A stretch of 58,494 nt of DNA, filler included, from Sphacelaria rigidula (GCA_964200075.2; 8 parts of 8 records of this genome joined end to end with filler, not necessarily neighbours in it), one strand, 5' to 3'. Counted from the first letter of the whole stretch, positions 23,701-36,967 are shown. The notes: generated by a model not told the origin, from the letters alone. Numbers and translations: made by a program.

Positions 23701-25964
23701 ACTCCCAATTTAAAAATTCCAAGTCATTTTGTTACAAAATCTATAAATTATTTATTTAGAGAAGCTGTCCAACATAATTCCTTTTTCTTCCCTGTTTCCA
23801 ATTGGGCAATCGGGCACGAAGATGAATTATTTCGGACAGCAGAAGAAGCTATTCGAAATTGTTTGTCTTTTTTGCCCAGTTTAGCTGAGCAAAACAATGA
23901 TCTATTTTGAACAGTTTCATCTGTTACACAAGTCCCATACACCAGTACGAGATTTGTGGAGCAGATGAGGCTGTTGAAAAAATGTTATTTTTACCCAATT
24001 AAATTGGGCAGATTCGTTTTTCTCGACAGCTTTATCTGCTCCACAAATCCGATACACACTGGCAGGTTTGGAAAATATACAGGAGGAGAAGCTCGAAATA
24101 GATCCTCACTCTGCCCGCTGATTCATCCGGAAATTGGGCAAAAAGAGAACTTATTGCGAACAGCCTCAACTGTGCATGCAAGCTCCGCACACTGCACCAC
24201 AACCAGTGGATGGGATCCGAAATGCAGCAAAGATTATTAAAAATAAGCCATCTTCTTGCCCCCCAATTTATATATCAACTGAGGTAAAGGATAAAATTCT
24301 CAACAACGTTTGCTGAACACGAATCTCGAACACTGCTTACGAATGTATGTTCACACGCCTGGGCTTAGATACGATGCTTCGGCTTTAGGTGTGGATGCTG
24401 GCGGAAAGGTGTATACCTCGCACATCTATTCACATGGTTCATGAAAACCCCGTGGTCCAATGTCTACCAGCACAAGCAAAATGATGATTAGAAAAAATCA
24501 CTCAATCAACCATGCTTATGTTTATAGAGGTTTATGCTTGATATTTATTAGAAGCACAAAAATAGGATCGTGTCAACAGCAAATCGGGTGGTTCAATGTA
24601 TATCTCGTCATACTCCCGAGCACAGAAGCGTTAGTTCAATACCTACCACTGCCATCTCTCGACCGTTTCTTTCTGCCAGTACCATGCCCATGCTGTATGG
24701 TGGAGTATATTGTATGTGCGCTATAAACACTGTACACCACATTAACAATAATGTACAGTACTCGGGACGACGAAACCCTGTGGAGCGTACTGTGCGGCGC
24801 GAAAAAAAACTAAAGTCGAACCCCCGCGAGAAACTCTGCACACTTTCCCTGCAACCCTTCTACGCGTACTGTATGGCGCAATAAAATACCTTACAGCCAA
24901 ATCCCCGCGAGAAACACTGCACAGTTTCCCCGAACCCTGTAGACGTGCCCCGCAGGGTGCAATGTGTCCACGTGTGTAGTACAGTATAGACCACGTGGTA
25001 CAGACAACAAGACCTAGTGCGGTGCGGGCTCGTATGGTACCGTACAACACACGATATAATACCGGACAGTAAGGTCACATGTGCGGTGGAATACAAATAA
25101 TGGGGTCTGTACAGCACAGACAGGGTTAAGCACGATACGACGTAAAGTACAATCGAATGTACACACCGTACATCACAGTATTTGTAGTCAGACGCTACGA
25201 CATTTCCGTTCGTACACCAATATCGAAGTTTCTCAACAACTCGGGACAGTACAGACTTCGTGATAATAATGCAGCATGTATGTACTACAACGTACTACAG
25301 ACTGTCGTTGTCCGGCTTGTGAAGCGATAATCGCAAGCAAGTGCAGAGTACAAGGCGCTGTGTTGTGTCAAGAGGGAAGGGGAAGGGTGAAATGTTGCAT
25401 AGGTCTCGGTATGTAAACATCCCACGGCACAGTCCGAGCTCGGCATGTTGAACCACTCCGGCTATCGAAGGGGGCGTGGGGGGGGGGGAAGGGGTTGACA
25501 TGGCGAAGTACGTGGGTCAACTCGTTCGACAGTACAGTGTAAAGATTCACAGCTACAATCCGAAAATACTGCTGAGCTACAGAGGCTGGATTCGTACTGT
25601 ATGCATGGAGCGGTAAGCGAGAGTGTGCAGCAAGCATAGTGGCACGCATTCGTGTAAGATGTACGCGGTGGGATGTGCGTGAATCGATAATGAGATCGAG
25701 ATCACAAGACACAGCATTGCTCATCACGAAGTCTGTGTACAATCCAAGAAAGGGACCCGAGCCTAGCAGTCCAGACAACGAAAAGCGAGCACTGGGGTCT
25801 GCTCGCGTATGCAGTAACCAATGAACTGGCCGTACAAAAAAAGTATTTCGGTCAGCGCACACGTGTAGTGAAAAAAACGAACAAGCTTCACGCCAATCCA
25901 AAGCACCAAAGATATAGCAACTCGAACAAGCACTACGGAGAGAAGGTTCAGCTCAAAGCCCCAA

Positions 25965-26520
25965 ATGTTTTATTCGGGAAGCGAACAGGTTACCCATTGA
26001 GCAAGTGAGCGAGGAAAGCGAACAGAACACCCCTTGAGCCAGTGAGCGCCCACTTGCTCAGTGGGTAACCTGTTCGCTTTCTGAACAAAAGATATGCTGG
26101 GTGGTGCGCCCCGGCATGACACTTCGGTGATCTCTGGAATTCCCTACTCCTCGCAAGCCTCATTGTCCACATTTCAGATTTCACCAACAATCGATTATCT
26201 GGATACTTGAACTCCCGACCTCTTGTTCCACAAGCGGGCATTTGGCTATTAAGCCACCAGTGAGCGCTCGCTGGTTCAATGGGTAAACTGTTCGCTTTCT
26301 GAACAAAAGATATACGGTTCGAGGGCCGGCATATTCGATCGTGGAAGGAATGAATTTGACATGTGAACAATCAGGCTTACGAGGGACAAGGAGCCCCGGA
26401 GATCACTGATGTGTCATGCAGGGATGGATCACAATCTTTTGTTCAGGGAGCAAACAGCGTACCCATTGCATCAGTGAGCGCTCACTTGTTGATAGGGTGA
26501 ACTGTTCGCTTTCTGAAAAA
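25965..26520. repeat. Mirror-symmetric array of tRNA-like (SINE-like) heads joined head-to-head
   Basis: The unit CGCTCACT(T/G)GCTCAATGGGTAA.CTGTTCGCTTTCTGAACAAAAGAT occurs ~7 times in both orientations. Dyad centres GTGAGCGC(T/C)C at ~26047, ~26265 and ~26480. 26047-26185 is the reverse complement of 26345-26480. Confidence 0.8.
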
Positions 26521-27929
26521 ATCCCAGCTGAAGCCCCAACTGTAAAGTGGAGAGGGCTGTCACCCTGGCTTCTCAACGACAAAAGAGCGATATCTTCCCA
26601 GGATTAAGCCTTCTCTGCTGTAAGCATGCGGGTAGGGTGAACTTGGAGAGTGTTGTTATCCACCAATACTCATAAAATGTTGTAGCAGAATCAATCGGAG
26701 GAATACAATACACTCAGGAACTTACTAAATAGCTTTGTTCCTGAGAGCCCATTCATCGAAGAAGGAAACAGCTGGATATACAGTACCGTGGATGTATCAG
26801 ACGCTGGAACCAGTGTTTTATTGATCTCTACTGTACTGTTGGAATCCAAAGCCACGGTGACAGAGTGTGACGGAGGGGCTCCTTGGAGACTCGTCATCCG
26901 ACCCCAAAGATAATGTCACCACTCAGAGTCATAGCTAAACATTTTGTGCGTCGCAAAGCTACTTCAAGCTCCCAATGCGTACACATCTTATCGTTCAACT
27001 CTCATCATCCCACGTCATACAATATGATATCGACCAACGACGTACTTGTGAATGTGTCAGCTGACGAGCACTTGATCAGATGGGCGCTCAATGACTCGCC
27101 CAAGATATACACTCCTCGTGCGCGCTGTTCTGTATCCAGAAACAACTCAGCAACTGAAATCTTTATCACATAACACCTTTTAGTCCAAAAACGTTCTAAG
27201 TTTGCACACGAAGGCCCAGCTGTTTGTCATCCAGACGCCCCGACAGTGCAGAACCTCAGAAACAAATGCATACTCTACCGGAGAACCACTCTTTTCGAGG
27301 AGATAATGAGTTGATTTTATCCGTCGGGGAGGAGGGGCGGGGAGGGGGGAACAGGGGTTATGAAGCAGTAGCAGTAAGGTGAGTGCATTCGAACGATGCC
27401 TCTCGCGTGTTTCGGGGAACCGTCATTCTTATGTAACAAGGTCTTCCCCGAAGTGTCTATAGTCCCGCTAAGAATGCCGGGATGTACCACTGCCTAGAAG
27501 TAGACTGTAGGCCTCCTATCGGTACCGGTCACATGATCAGTTTTATCGGTGTCCGCAAATGGTTGAAATATCGGAGAACACCTCTTCCCCGCTGAGTTTC
27601 TTCGGGTAGGGGATGCGTCGATTTTGTCCCAGGGAAAACGAATGAGGGGAGGAAGAGATAATGGAACTGGTGTAAAGGGTGGACACGTTTGAGCAATGTC
27701 TCGCGCGTGTTCAGGGGTATCGTTACTTGTGTGTAAATACATATGCATCGGGCCACAACGGTAGAGACCACGTCGATCGTGTATGGGAAGGAGCGGTTTT
27801 TAATCCACGAATGGAGAGAAACGGGGGGTCGGGAATACATACTTTATTATTTCAACGTTCTGTTGATGCGTTCGTGTGTTTAGGTACACCGCCGTTCTTT
27901 TGTAACAGTTCAAAACAACAGTAGATAGG

Positions 27930-28235
27930 TTTCGTCAAAACTCCACCACTGAGCCACTCAGTCAGCGCTCACTGAGTGGTTCAGCGATGGAGTTCGTTCT
28001 GACGAACAAAATAGGTGTTTTTGCGTTCGTATCTCTCGGCGTCTTCTCTAGGTTGCCCCTCGTTAACGCTGCCGAGGTGACTAGGGTGGGCGTGAACACT
28101 CTGACATCTTTCCACGGCAACGAAAAAGACCTTTCCGTGACAATGGGAAATACGAAGTGACCGCGCCGAGAATGAAACTCGCACTTCTCTTGTTCGCCAG
28201 AACAAACTCCACCACTGAGCCACTCTGTCAGCGCT
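27930..28235. repeat. Related head-to-head tRNA-like dyad plus a third inverted head
   Basis: CTCCACCACTGAGCCACTCAGTC-AGCGCT-CACTGAGTGGTTCAGCGATGGAG palindrome (27941-27992). A minus-strand head AGCGCTGACAGAGTGGCTCAGTGGTGGAGTTTGTTCTGGCGAACAAGAG...GAGTTTCATTCTC lies at ~28165-28235. Confidence 0.7.
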
Positions 28236-28459
28236 GAGTACTTGGTTTTGAGGTGGAACCCCCTCTTCCGTAGAAGTGGGCCCGAGTTCGATTTTCCGTG
28301 CGGTCATTTCTTCTTTCCCATAGTCGAGGAAGTATGTTTACCATTGTCGTGGAAAGACGTTCGAGGCACTGGAACTCGTCAGCCGCAGCGTTAGTGAGGG
28401 ACAACCCAGAGAAGGCGCCGAGGGAAACGAACTCAAAAACTCTTCTTTTGTTCTGACAA

Positions 28460-29045
28460 ATACTCAATCGGCGGGTTAAAGTGTTTTCCGAGGTTGCTGC
28501 AGCGACGAAAGCTACGCGACACCCTCGATCGACTGAATGAAGAAATTCCCCAAAGTCAGTTGATGCAACGATATAGGCCATGCCACACCCTCGGTCGGCC
28601 CTCGATCGGCCGGTTGACGTAATCTCCGGCCCTCACCTGCTGCAGTGGCGCAAGCCAAACCACACCCCTTACCAGCTGGTTGAAGAAACATCCGACCGTC
28701 AGCTGCTGCAGCGCCACAGGCCATGACACAGCCTTGATCGGCTGGTCGAAGTATTCTCCTAACGCCAGCTGCTGCAGCGACGCAGGTCATGCCACATCCT
28801 CGATCGGTTGGTAGAAGTGTTTTGCGAACGCCAGTTGCTGGAGCATGTTGGCTATCCCACGCCCTTGATCGGCCGACTAAAGGAATATCCGAACGTCAGC
28901 TGCTGCAGCGATGTAGACCATGCCACATCCTTGATTGACCCTCGATGGACTGGTTGGAGGAAACTCCGGCCCTCACTTGCTGCAGCGACGGAGGCCGTGC
29001 TACACCCCCGACCGGCTGGTTGAAGAAAACTCCGACCGTCAGCTA
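28460..29045 (-). pseudogene. FNIP-repeat protein pseudogene (66-bp / 22-aa repeats)
   Basis: About 9 units such as WPVALQQLTVGCFFNQLVRGVV, WSTSLQQLTFGYSFSRPIKGVG and WPISLHQLTLGNFFIQSIEGVA match the FNIP consensus (PxSLxxLxFGxxFNQPI). Several TGG->stop changes and frameshifts. Confidence 0.85.
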
Positions 29046-32000
29046 CTAGGAGTATACGGAGACCTGTGTTTGTAGGATGGCCTGCGGTGTTCAGTAAGAT
29101 ACACCAAGTCAGGGTAAGGTACAACAGTCTAGTGACATACCTGTTTGAGTTCCGGGTACTACGCGGAATGACTTTATATTGTGATGTTAGTGACTGGANN
29201 NNNNNNNNNNNNNNNNNNNNNNNNNNNNNNNNNNNNNNNNNNTTAATTAATTAANNNNNNNNNNNNNNNNNNNNNNNNNNNNNNNNNNNNNNNNNNNNGC
29301 TTTATTCTGTGGTATCGCCACTTCCAGAGACAGCCACGGCTTTTGCGCTGCCTCATGGGTGCTCAAGGGGGGGGTGGGGGGGGGAAATGCAACCCATGAC
29401 CAAGTGCGACCCCGCCCCTGCTAGATTCACCCCTGACACTGGCGCGTAAAACTGAAAATCTCGTGAGAAGATGTCTTGCGAAAAAATCTCGTTCAAAACA
29501 AAAAAGGCCACGCCAGAGCAAATACGCAGTTTCGGGGTAATTCCATTTGAACACTTCATAGCGGCCCAACCATGGAAAATAAAGAGCACATTTTTTTGTT
29601 CTTTGCTCGGGGTGCCGCTGCTTCCTTCCGTGGAGAACCACTGGTATTACTGAAAAGAACCGTGCTTGACTTTCTCGCCCGGAACGTGCGACCAACCCCG
29701 CCAGAAGGCTAACGGAAAACAGTGCGCCATATGTCGCGGCTGAGCCTGTCACGCAGAGCAAAGGCCTCGCTCGTAGCCCTGGTGAGTGGAATCTGTCGTG
29801 GATAACCCTCAAGGTCGTTCTCAGTATAATAATCTGGTATCTCCGATAGTTAGGTTTTCGTGGGTAATTGATGTTTTTCCGTTCTGCTTTTTTAGATTTG
29901 TTTCTGCGCTTGATTTTCTCTTGTTTCTATTACTTCCCGTCACCCGACTTTTCCCGCGATTTTTCCCCTCTTTTTATCCCTTGTACTGTACTTGAGTTCC
30001 CTCTGCTTCCACGAAAAATGCCTCGCTTGCACACACAGTAGCAAGTCTATATACCACAGTGAAAAGTCAACAGGCACGACCAAGTCAGAGAAATCTCCTT
30101 TTCCCTGGCGGTACTGTACTGTTTTCAACCCCCCCAACAGTTTTGCGATCCGCTCGACGTTTCGCGCTAGTGTTCCCTTGTGGCACTGACCATCCCCACA
30201 GCAAGAGAAAGGGACGAATTGTGAGGGACTTTCAATTTAAGGACACGGTAGGTGTCTTCCAATTATGCACGTACTTTCGCAAAAGCACGAGATACTTCGA
30301 GCCACGCACGGGCCGAAGTGCTCGGGATAGCTTTCATCGCTCGTGTCGGTGCCTCCAGTCTTCACACACCGCCCGCTACACTAGTACAAACAGGTGCACA
30401 GCAGTATTACGGCACACGGCAGTACTGCCCCACCCCCCCCCGAGCGTACGGTACATGAACCAGTACAGTAGTCGCATGAGCGCAGCCTACAGGTGACACT
30501 CTAGGATATCAGTAGCGTTGGTGCACTGGTGCATCGATGCTCCAACTCATTTGCATGCAGCAGCGGTGAGCGGAGCAAAATATAATATCGCTTGGATCAA
30601 CTTGGTGCATGCACTGCGAGATTCATGTGACATAGTACTCGCCGTCAACGAGAGGGAGTGCTTAAAACAGCGAGGGTTGGCGTGCAAACAACTACGATAA
30701 TATTAGCAGCATTAGCAACATTAGTAAAACGAGACATGCTCAGCCTTGGCCGACAATTGACTATCTGGTGGCTTCCCTGAGGGACCTGGGAGCGTGTACA
30801 GCACAAGACAGCTTCCACCAATCACCTCCATGTGGCAGGAGGCCGCGAAATGAGCGTAACCTGACACTTACAATGAGTATACGACGTAACCGTCCCAAGG
30901 GCCACGAGAAAGAGTTCACATGCTGCACTACACTGCAATAGGCAGCTGACACCGCCAAACCTGACGATTCGTACTTTATACAGAGGGAGAGCAACAGAGA
31001 TTTCGAATTCCTAGGTGACAGCTTCCATACACCAACACAACCAGCCGCACTTGACGCTCAAGGTGACGGGTACTGGTAAAGTAAGCGATACTGCTCCAAC
31101 CACGCCGGGGTGCCTGTTTTGAATGGACACATCAAATGTGTATAGACAGTTTCTTTGTACTTCGTTCCACACCCATGGGCGCCTGAACGTAATGAGGCAT
31201 CTGCACCGAGGACGGGACACCGGCACGGGACAATTCCAAACAGGTTAACCCCGTAGCCACCCACGTGTGTCCATCTGTTGGAACAGCACTATATTCTCAG
31301 GGGAAATGGGAAATGACTGCCCGGCTAACTTACCACCCTACAAGCCCTCGAAGACCCAGAACACGTTCAGCGGGTTGGTGAAGTACGTGGGGAAAGACAA
31401 GTATCGAAAACACTGTTCCGGAAGGAACATCACACAGCAGCATCATCCATTATAGTAAGGGCACAAACAATATGCATATATATCTATACACACACATAGC
31501 TTCAATGGCTCGACAGACCGAAAGGTTTTGTGCAAGGGCAGTCCCGCAAGTACCCGCCTTCACTCGAAAGCGACGCACTGCACGCAACATTCTCCACAGA
31601 CCATGGGTATGACCACAGAGGTAACCAACACCATTATTTCCGGGATGTCGAAGGCCTGCCGATACACTGATATCCACAAGCAAGTGCGCAACACGCACTG
31701 CACAAGCGAGGTCTCCAACTCTTGGTGATTTGCTCTCGTATTTTTTGGGTGTGAACCTTGGATAACCAACTTCTATCCTGTGCCCGGCCACGACAGAATT
31801 TGTAGCGGAGCAGTTCATGTGTTGCCACACACCAACCGATCAACGGATCCAGTCGAACCAATCGAACCAGTCGATCAATTAACCAATTCAATGGACCCAT
31901 CGAACGAATCAACCGCGCGGGAACACAGCGATTACCTTTTTGATCAGGTGTTGCATGTCCAGCAACGCATCAAACTTGCCGGGCACCCTAGCATGTCCCG

Positions 32001-32939
32001 CTCCCGGCATCCCAGCCACTCCATTGATGTCCCCTTCCAGCGTCGCTGGGAAGAGCTGCCGTTTGCATTTTCACCACAACAAGTTCGAAATACGTTACAA
32101 CCCATGTCGGATAGTCATGTGTCCAGCAGGGTGGATGCGCGTCAACGCGATGACTTCATTGGCATTTGTTGTACATTATTTTCATCTCCACTCCAATGTG
32201 CTAGAGTCAGCGGATGATGGCGAGAGAACTGGGCCCTTCCGTTCACAGGGAACATTTCCCATATCTGTGCTATTGAGGAAACACCGGGTGAAAAATTGCC
32301 TTCGTGATGAGTGTTGCTGACCGCATTATGGTCCCCTAAACACGGCTTCCTGGTTGAAGTGCAGTACATAGCTGAAAAATAGAGCAAATGGCCCAATACA
32401 CGATTGCTCGCCACACCGACCCGGACTGGTTCGATGGAGCGAGAGGACGTACGAGTTAGAAGCTGTCGTTGTGCAATCACAGGACCCCCGACGACCGCTT
32501 AGCCCGTTGGTCGCCCAATATTAGCTGCAGAAATGTTTTTTGCAGGCGTTCGGGGCTGGTAATGGCATGTCTCCCTTCTCAAACTTGACAATGAACGTGT
32601 ACTGTGATAAAATCACATCTTCTGCGAACGAAAAGTCGCGCGGCGGAGCTGTTTGGCACTCTTGCTCAGATTTTTTTAATTATTGCCGTGATGGGGAATA
32701 TTGTTGCATGCAAAACTACCGATGTTTCCGTGTGATCGAAAAAGTGCCCCGAACAACAGCCGATTTTTAACATTCAGGATGGAGCTTTTCAGTGAGGATG
32801 ATGACCCAGAAAACAAAATTTTCGTATCTACACCAATTCTTCGACATATGGCCGCATTCTTTCACCTTCTGGTAGCTACTGACGACTACCACACGCCATA
32901 CAAATTTGGATTCTAATGGCCAAAACTTCGGGGTACTAG

Positions 32940-34615
32940 CAGGGGTCTGTCGGGAAAAGATTTTCGGACACGGAGATCCCTCCCCCCTTCCCCTCCGGAG
33001 GTCAATTGTCCCCAAAGTGTCATGCTTTTTTTTTTCTTCAAAATGTTTGGGGAGAAATCGAGCGAGAAACACTGACAAAAACCGAAAAGTCTGGTGGGCT
33101 CTACGAGGTTCGTATATTTGCTTTCGCTCCTTGCCCTCTCTGTCCCGATGACCTCGGAGGCCGGCCACGCCCACACAATACATGTATGCACACGAGCGTC
33201 CCGTAGCGACCGCCCGTAGCCATACTAGCAAGATTATCTCACGCCCCGTCAAACTTGCCCGGACTACTGGTAGTACTCGAGGTACAAAACATGGAACATG
33301 ATCCCATAATGTAATCATGGTAAGTGATGAGCTCGGAGGGGGGCGGCGTATCCGCCATTTCAGCGGTCTCCATGCCCAGGATCTCTGTACGCGGCAGCTG
33401 ACCGCATCCGCCAACGCCTCGGCTGTAGGGGACAGCGGGCTGGGTGCCCCCCCCCCCCCCCCAAAACTCGATTTTTTTCATTGAAGGGCCTACGCCTCCC
33501 GAAATCATTTTCCCGCCAAANNNNNNNNNNCCCTGCCCAGGGTTCCTGTACCGGGCAGCGGCCCCCCCCCCCCCACCCCCCGGCTGTGGGGGACAGCGGG
33601 CTGGGGGCCCCCCCCCCCCCCCTCAAAAACTCGATTTTTTTCATTGAAGGGCCTACGCGTCCCGAAATCATTTTCCGACAGAACCCTGGCTCCAGGTGGA
33701 AAAAACATTCTGGGAAATTTGCTTCATCTTATTTCATAACCTGAATTTTCCAGCATTCGTATTTTTACCTATTAATAATACCTCAAAGATTGATTATTGG
33801 AATCCAGATTTCTACGGCGTGTGGTAGTTGTCAATAACCACCACTAGGTGAACGAATGCAAGGGTAGGTCGAGTAGAGTATACTCGATTGCGGGGTATTT
33901 TGAAAGTCGTACTTAAAGTACGCAAATTGAGCGTTGGGTTTTAGGAATCGCTTGCCAGCTATTTTTTGGGTACGACTCGCAACACTCTACCCTGACTTGA
34001 GTATCCCAAGTACGTCTTTCAAAATACCCCGAAATTGAGTATACTCTACTCGACCTGCCCTCGAAGGAATGCAACCACATTTCGAATTGTGTGGATACAG
34101 GGGTCTGGCGAAAACAAAACCAGGGCACGTAGGCCTCAAGATCGAAAATTCGACTTTTTAAGGGGGGAGGGGGGACACCCAGCCTGCTGTCCCCTACTTC
34201 ATAGCCGAGGCGTGGGTGGATGCGGTCAGCTGCCGTGTACAGAGATCCTTGACATGGAGACCGCTGAGATGGCAGCGGCGTCAAGCTCATCACTCACCAT
34301 GATTGCATTTATGGTATCATGTTTTGTGTCGTGTACCTCGAGTAATACCGAAGTCCGGGCAAGTTTGGCGAGGCGTGGGATAATTTTGCTACTTTGGCTA
34401 CAGGCTGTCGCTACCGTGCACTCGTGTGCATACGTCTGTGTGGGCGTGGACGGCCTCCGAGGTCATCGGGACAGCGCGGGTAAGGGGTAGAAGCAAATAT
34501 ACGAAGTTCGCAAAGCCTGCAAACGTTTCGGATTTTGTCAGTGTTTCTCGACCGATGTCTTCAACAGTAATTGTCAAGAAAAAAAACATGACAATTTGGG
34601 AACAAATGTCCTCCG
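32940..34615. repeat. Large inverted pair of a ~500-bp dispersed repeat
   Basis: ~33000-33500 is the reverse complement of ~34130-34615 (GAGGTCATCGGGACAG.G.GGG.AAGG...AAGCAAATATACGAA core). Further tandem copies at 39305-39680. Confidence 0.75.
33859..34063. mobile_element. hAT-type MITE (205 bp) nested in a foldback-element arm
   Basis: TIRs CAAGGGTAGGTCGAGTAGAGTATACTC / GAGTATACTCTACTCGACCTGCCCTCG, 8-bp TSD AACGAATG / AAGGAATG. Same TIR as 16140-16517. Confidence 0.85.
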
Positions 34616-36967
34616 TTTGTTCCTTTGAGCTGTCGAAGGGACCATGAGAGTTAGCCTGGTGAAGCTTTGTACGCGACGCTAATTAGAGGACAATGCTGCC
34701 GCAACAAAATGGCACAGTACACAAACTGCAGTACATGATGAGCCCTGCAGTCGGTATTTGCAGGAAAAAACAAAAGCTGTGCCGTCTGTAGCAATGTTGG
34801 CCACGACGCCGGTTGCCGTAGCTCTTCGAGTCATGATTGGATCTCAGCTAGACTTGCGTGCGTGCAGCTGAGCAGGGACTAAGTTCGGAGCCGTAACTTT
34901 TCATACACGCTGGAACTCTCGGTGCGTGTCGTTAGGCTACACAGGCACAGCATGGGACCCCAACCGCTACGCATATATTTTCTCCGTACCTCAAACAAGC
35001 ACCACTTGTTGCATGCCATCCGGTCCGCTCCAAGTAGACACAACTTCGTCTGCTGCTGTGGCCCATCATTCGATACTCAGCCGAAACATGGTAAGCTTTC
35101 ATAAGTTTCCGGAACTGCTAGAGGTGATGTTTTCCACAAAAAGCTAGCCTTGACCATGAAGTGGGTTGTGGTTGGGCAGCACTAGCTATCGAGTTTTTCA
35201 CCACCGGCACAAGTCTTCTGTCGTCCACTACTGCCTTTTTTTCCCACACAAAATTCCATCGTCCAAGGAACAGTGCCCCCCCGGGTCTATGTTATGCACA
35301 ATCCAAACGTGATGGACGCTCTTGTTCAAGCGAAAACACGTGATTAAACCACTGTTCCGTGCCGCTTTCAATCTCCCTTAACAGGTATTCCTAGTCAAGG
35401 TTGGACGTAAAACTAGGGAAAATATTTCAACTGAAATGATCCGACTCAGATGCATACTGTGGCAATCGTTATACAGCTGATATTATGCGTGTTTGTCAGT
35501 CAAATGTGTTTGTTTTCGCCTTACTCTTCACTCTCTAGCTCTTCTCGAGTTTCTTATGGCGAGGGCTTCCCTCTGTGTCTGTGTGTGTGTGTGTACGCTA
35601 GGTAGAGGGGGGTCGCATCATTTCTCCCAAAAACTTGCATCTCGCATCCCCGACGGTGGTTTCCACAAGAATATTCGACGGCTCAGAGTCTTTTCCCGGC
35701 AGCCTGCTAGGGGTCGCCTGCTCGACTCAACCTGCATCCGGAATGTCAGGGAAGATATCCCATGTTTTGTTTCTGTTTAGCCTGCATCTTTACAGGGTCG
35801 TAAGTTCTGCGGTGAAAATGGCGACTAGGAGCACCTCCGCACACAACCTAGCGGGTCATGGATTTTCGTCATTGGATGATGACGTGGTTCAACAATTGTG
35901 CCATGTGGTAAAAAGTAAAGTGACAATAACATGCGCAGCCCCCGCCTCGTTTCGGCTGTATTGGGCGATACACGGATTCCGGGCTATGTCTAATTCATAC
36001 TGGGAAATCTACGTACGCCCCCCGTGCTACTTTGTCGTACGGACGGATTCGCTATGTGCTACAACCAACCAATCAATCTATCAATCGAACAACCAAACCG
36101 GTCCACCAAACTAGAGTTGAACGTCCAACCTCCCCTCCTGTCATCCTCTCGACGAATCCGTTGTCTCAAGGAATCAACTGGGTTTGTGCTCTATCTCACC
36201 ACATACACACACTCTCTCTCCGTTCCGTAATATAAGATCGGTCAGGGTTTTCCGAATATAAGATCGGTTTTTACATGTATACTCAATAATAGGCCATTTG
36301 GCCACTGCGAGAGGTCGGGCAAGGTCTACTTGTGATCACATAAGATATGTGATGAAAAAAAAAAGAACGCTCAGAAGGGGGGGGATGGTTGGCTATCATC
36401 CCCGTTCGTGTGAAATCGTGGAAAATCCAGCTTGATTACATCCGGCCACTGGGAATAATCGGGAGTATGACCTACAGACGTTGAAAACGCATCCCTTCAG
36501 TGAAAAGAATCGGCATGCTGGGNNNNNNNNNNNNNNNNNNNNNNNNNNNNNNNNNNNNNNNNNNNNTTAATTAATTAANNNNNNNNNNNNNNNNNNNNNN
36601 NNNNNNNNNNNNNNNNNNNNNNCCCCTCCGGCTTTGGAGGGGTGCGCGGGCAACGGCCCAAAAACCACCGAGCGCAAAAACAAAAGTCCCCCCCCCCCCC
36701 CCCCCAAAAGTGCGGCGCGACTTCGAGGGAACTCCAAAGTTAGCCAAATTTTGACCCGAAGAAACTGTTGATGTGTTGCACCGGAACTGAAGGATGTATC
36801 ACCCCCGTACCCTCGGGGATACACCGCACCTCGTGCGTGAAACGGTTCAAAAAGACGCAAGGCTTCGGAAAATTTCATGCCCAAGCTGCTTTCATCTCGG
36901 TATACCACCCACTCCCCCTTCCCCCACACGCCCTCGATGTCGTTGTTCTGTGTCATGGTGTCATCAG

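Noticed and set aside
28460..29045. CRISPR-like 66-bp periodicity
   Set aside because: Period equals 22 codons and whole units are homologous; explained as FNIP protein repeats.
31450..32520. Transposase remnant on minus strand
   Set aside because: Protein-like fragments with many stops but no motif I can assign with confidence.
33370..33680. Tandem ~150-bp duplication
   Set aside because: The copies sit either side of a 10-N gap in low-quality poly-C sequence; probably an unmerged contig overlap.
31301..35907. Plus-strand gene from candidate exons 31301-31382, 34936-35090 and 35796-35907
   Set aside because: Plausible splice sites, but phases do not chain consistently and there is no recognisable protein similarity; cannot be supported without RNA-seq.
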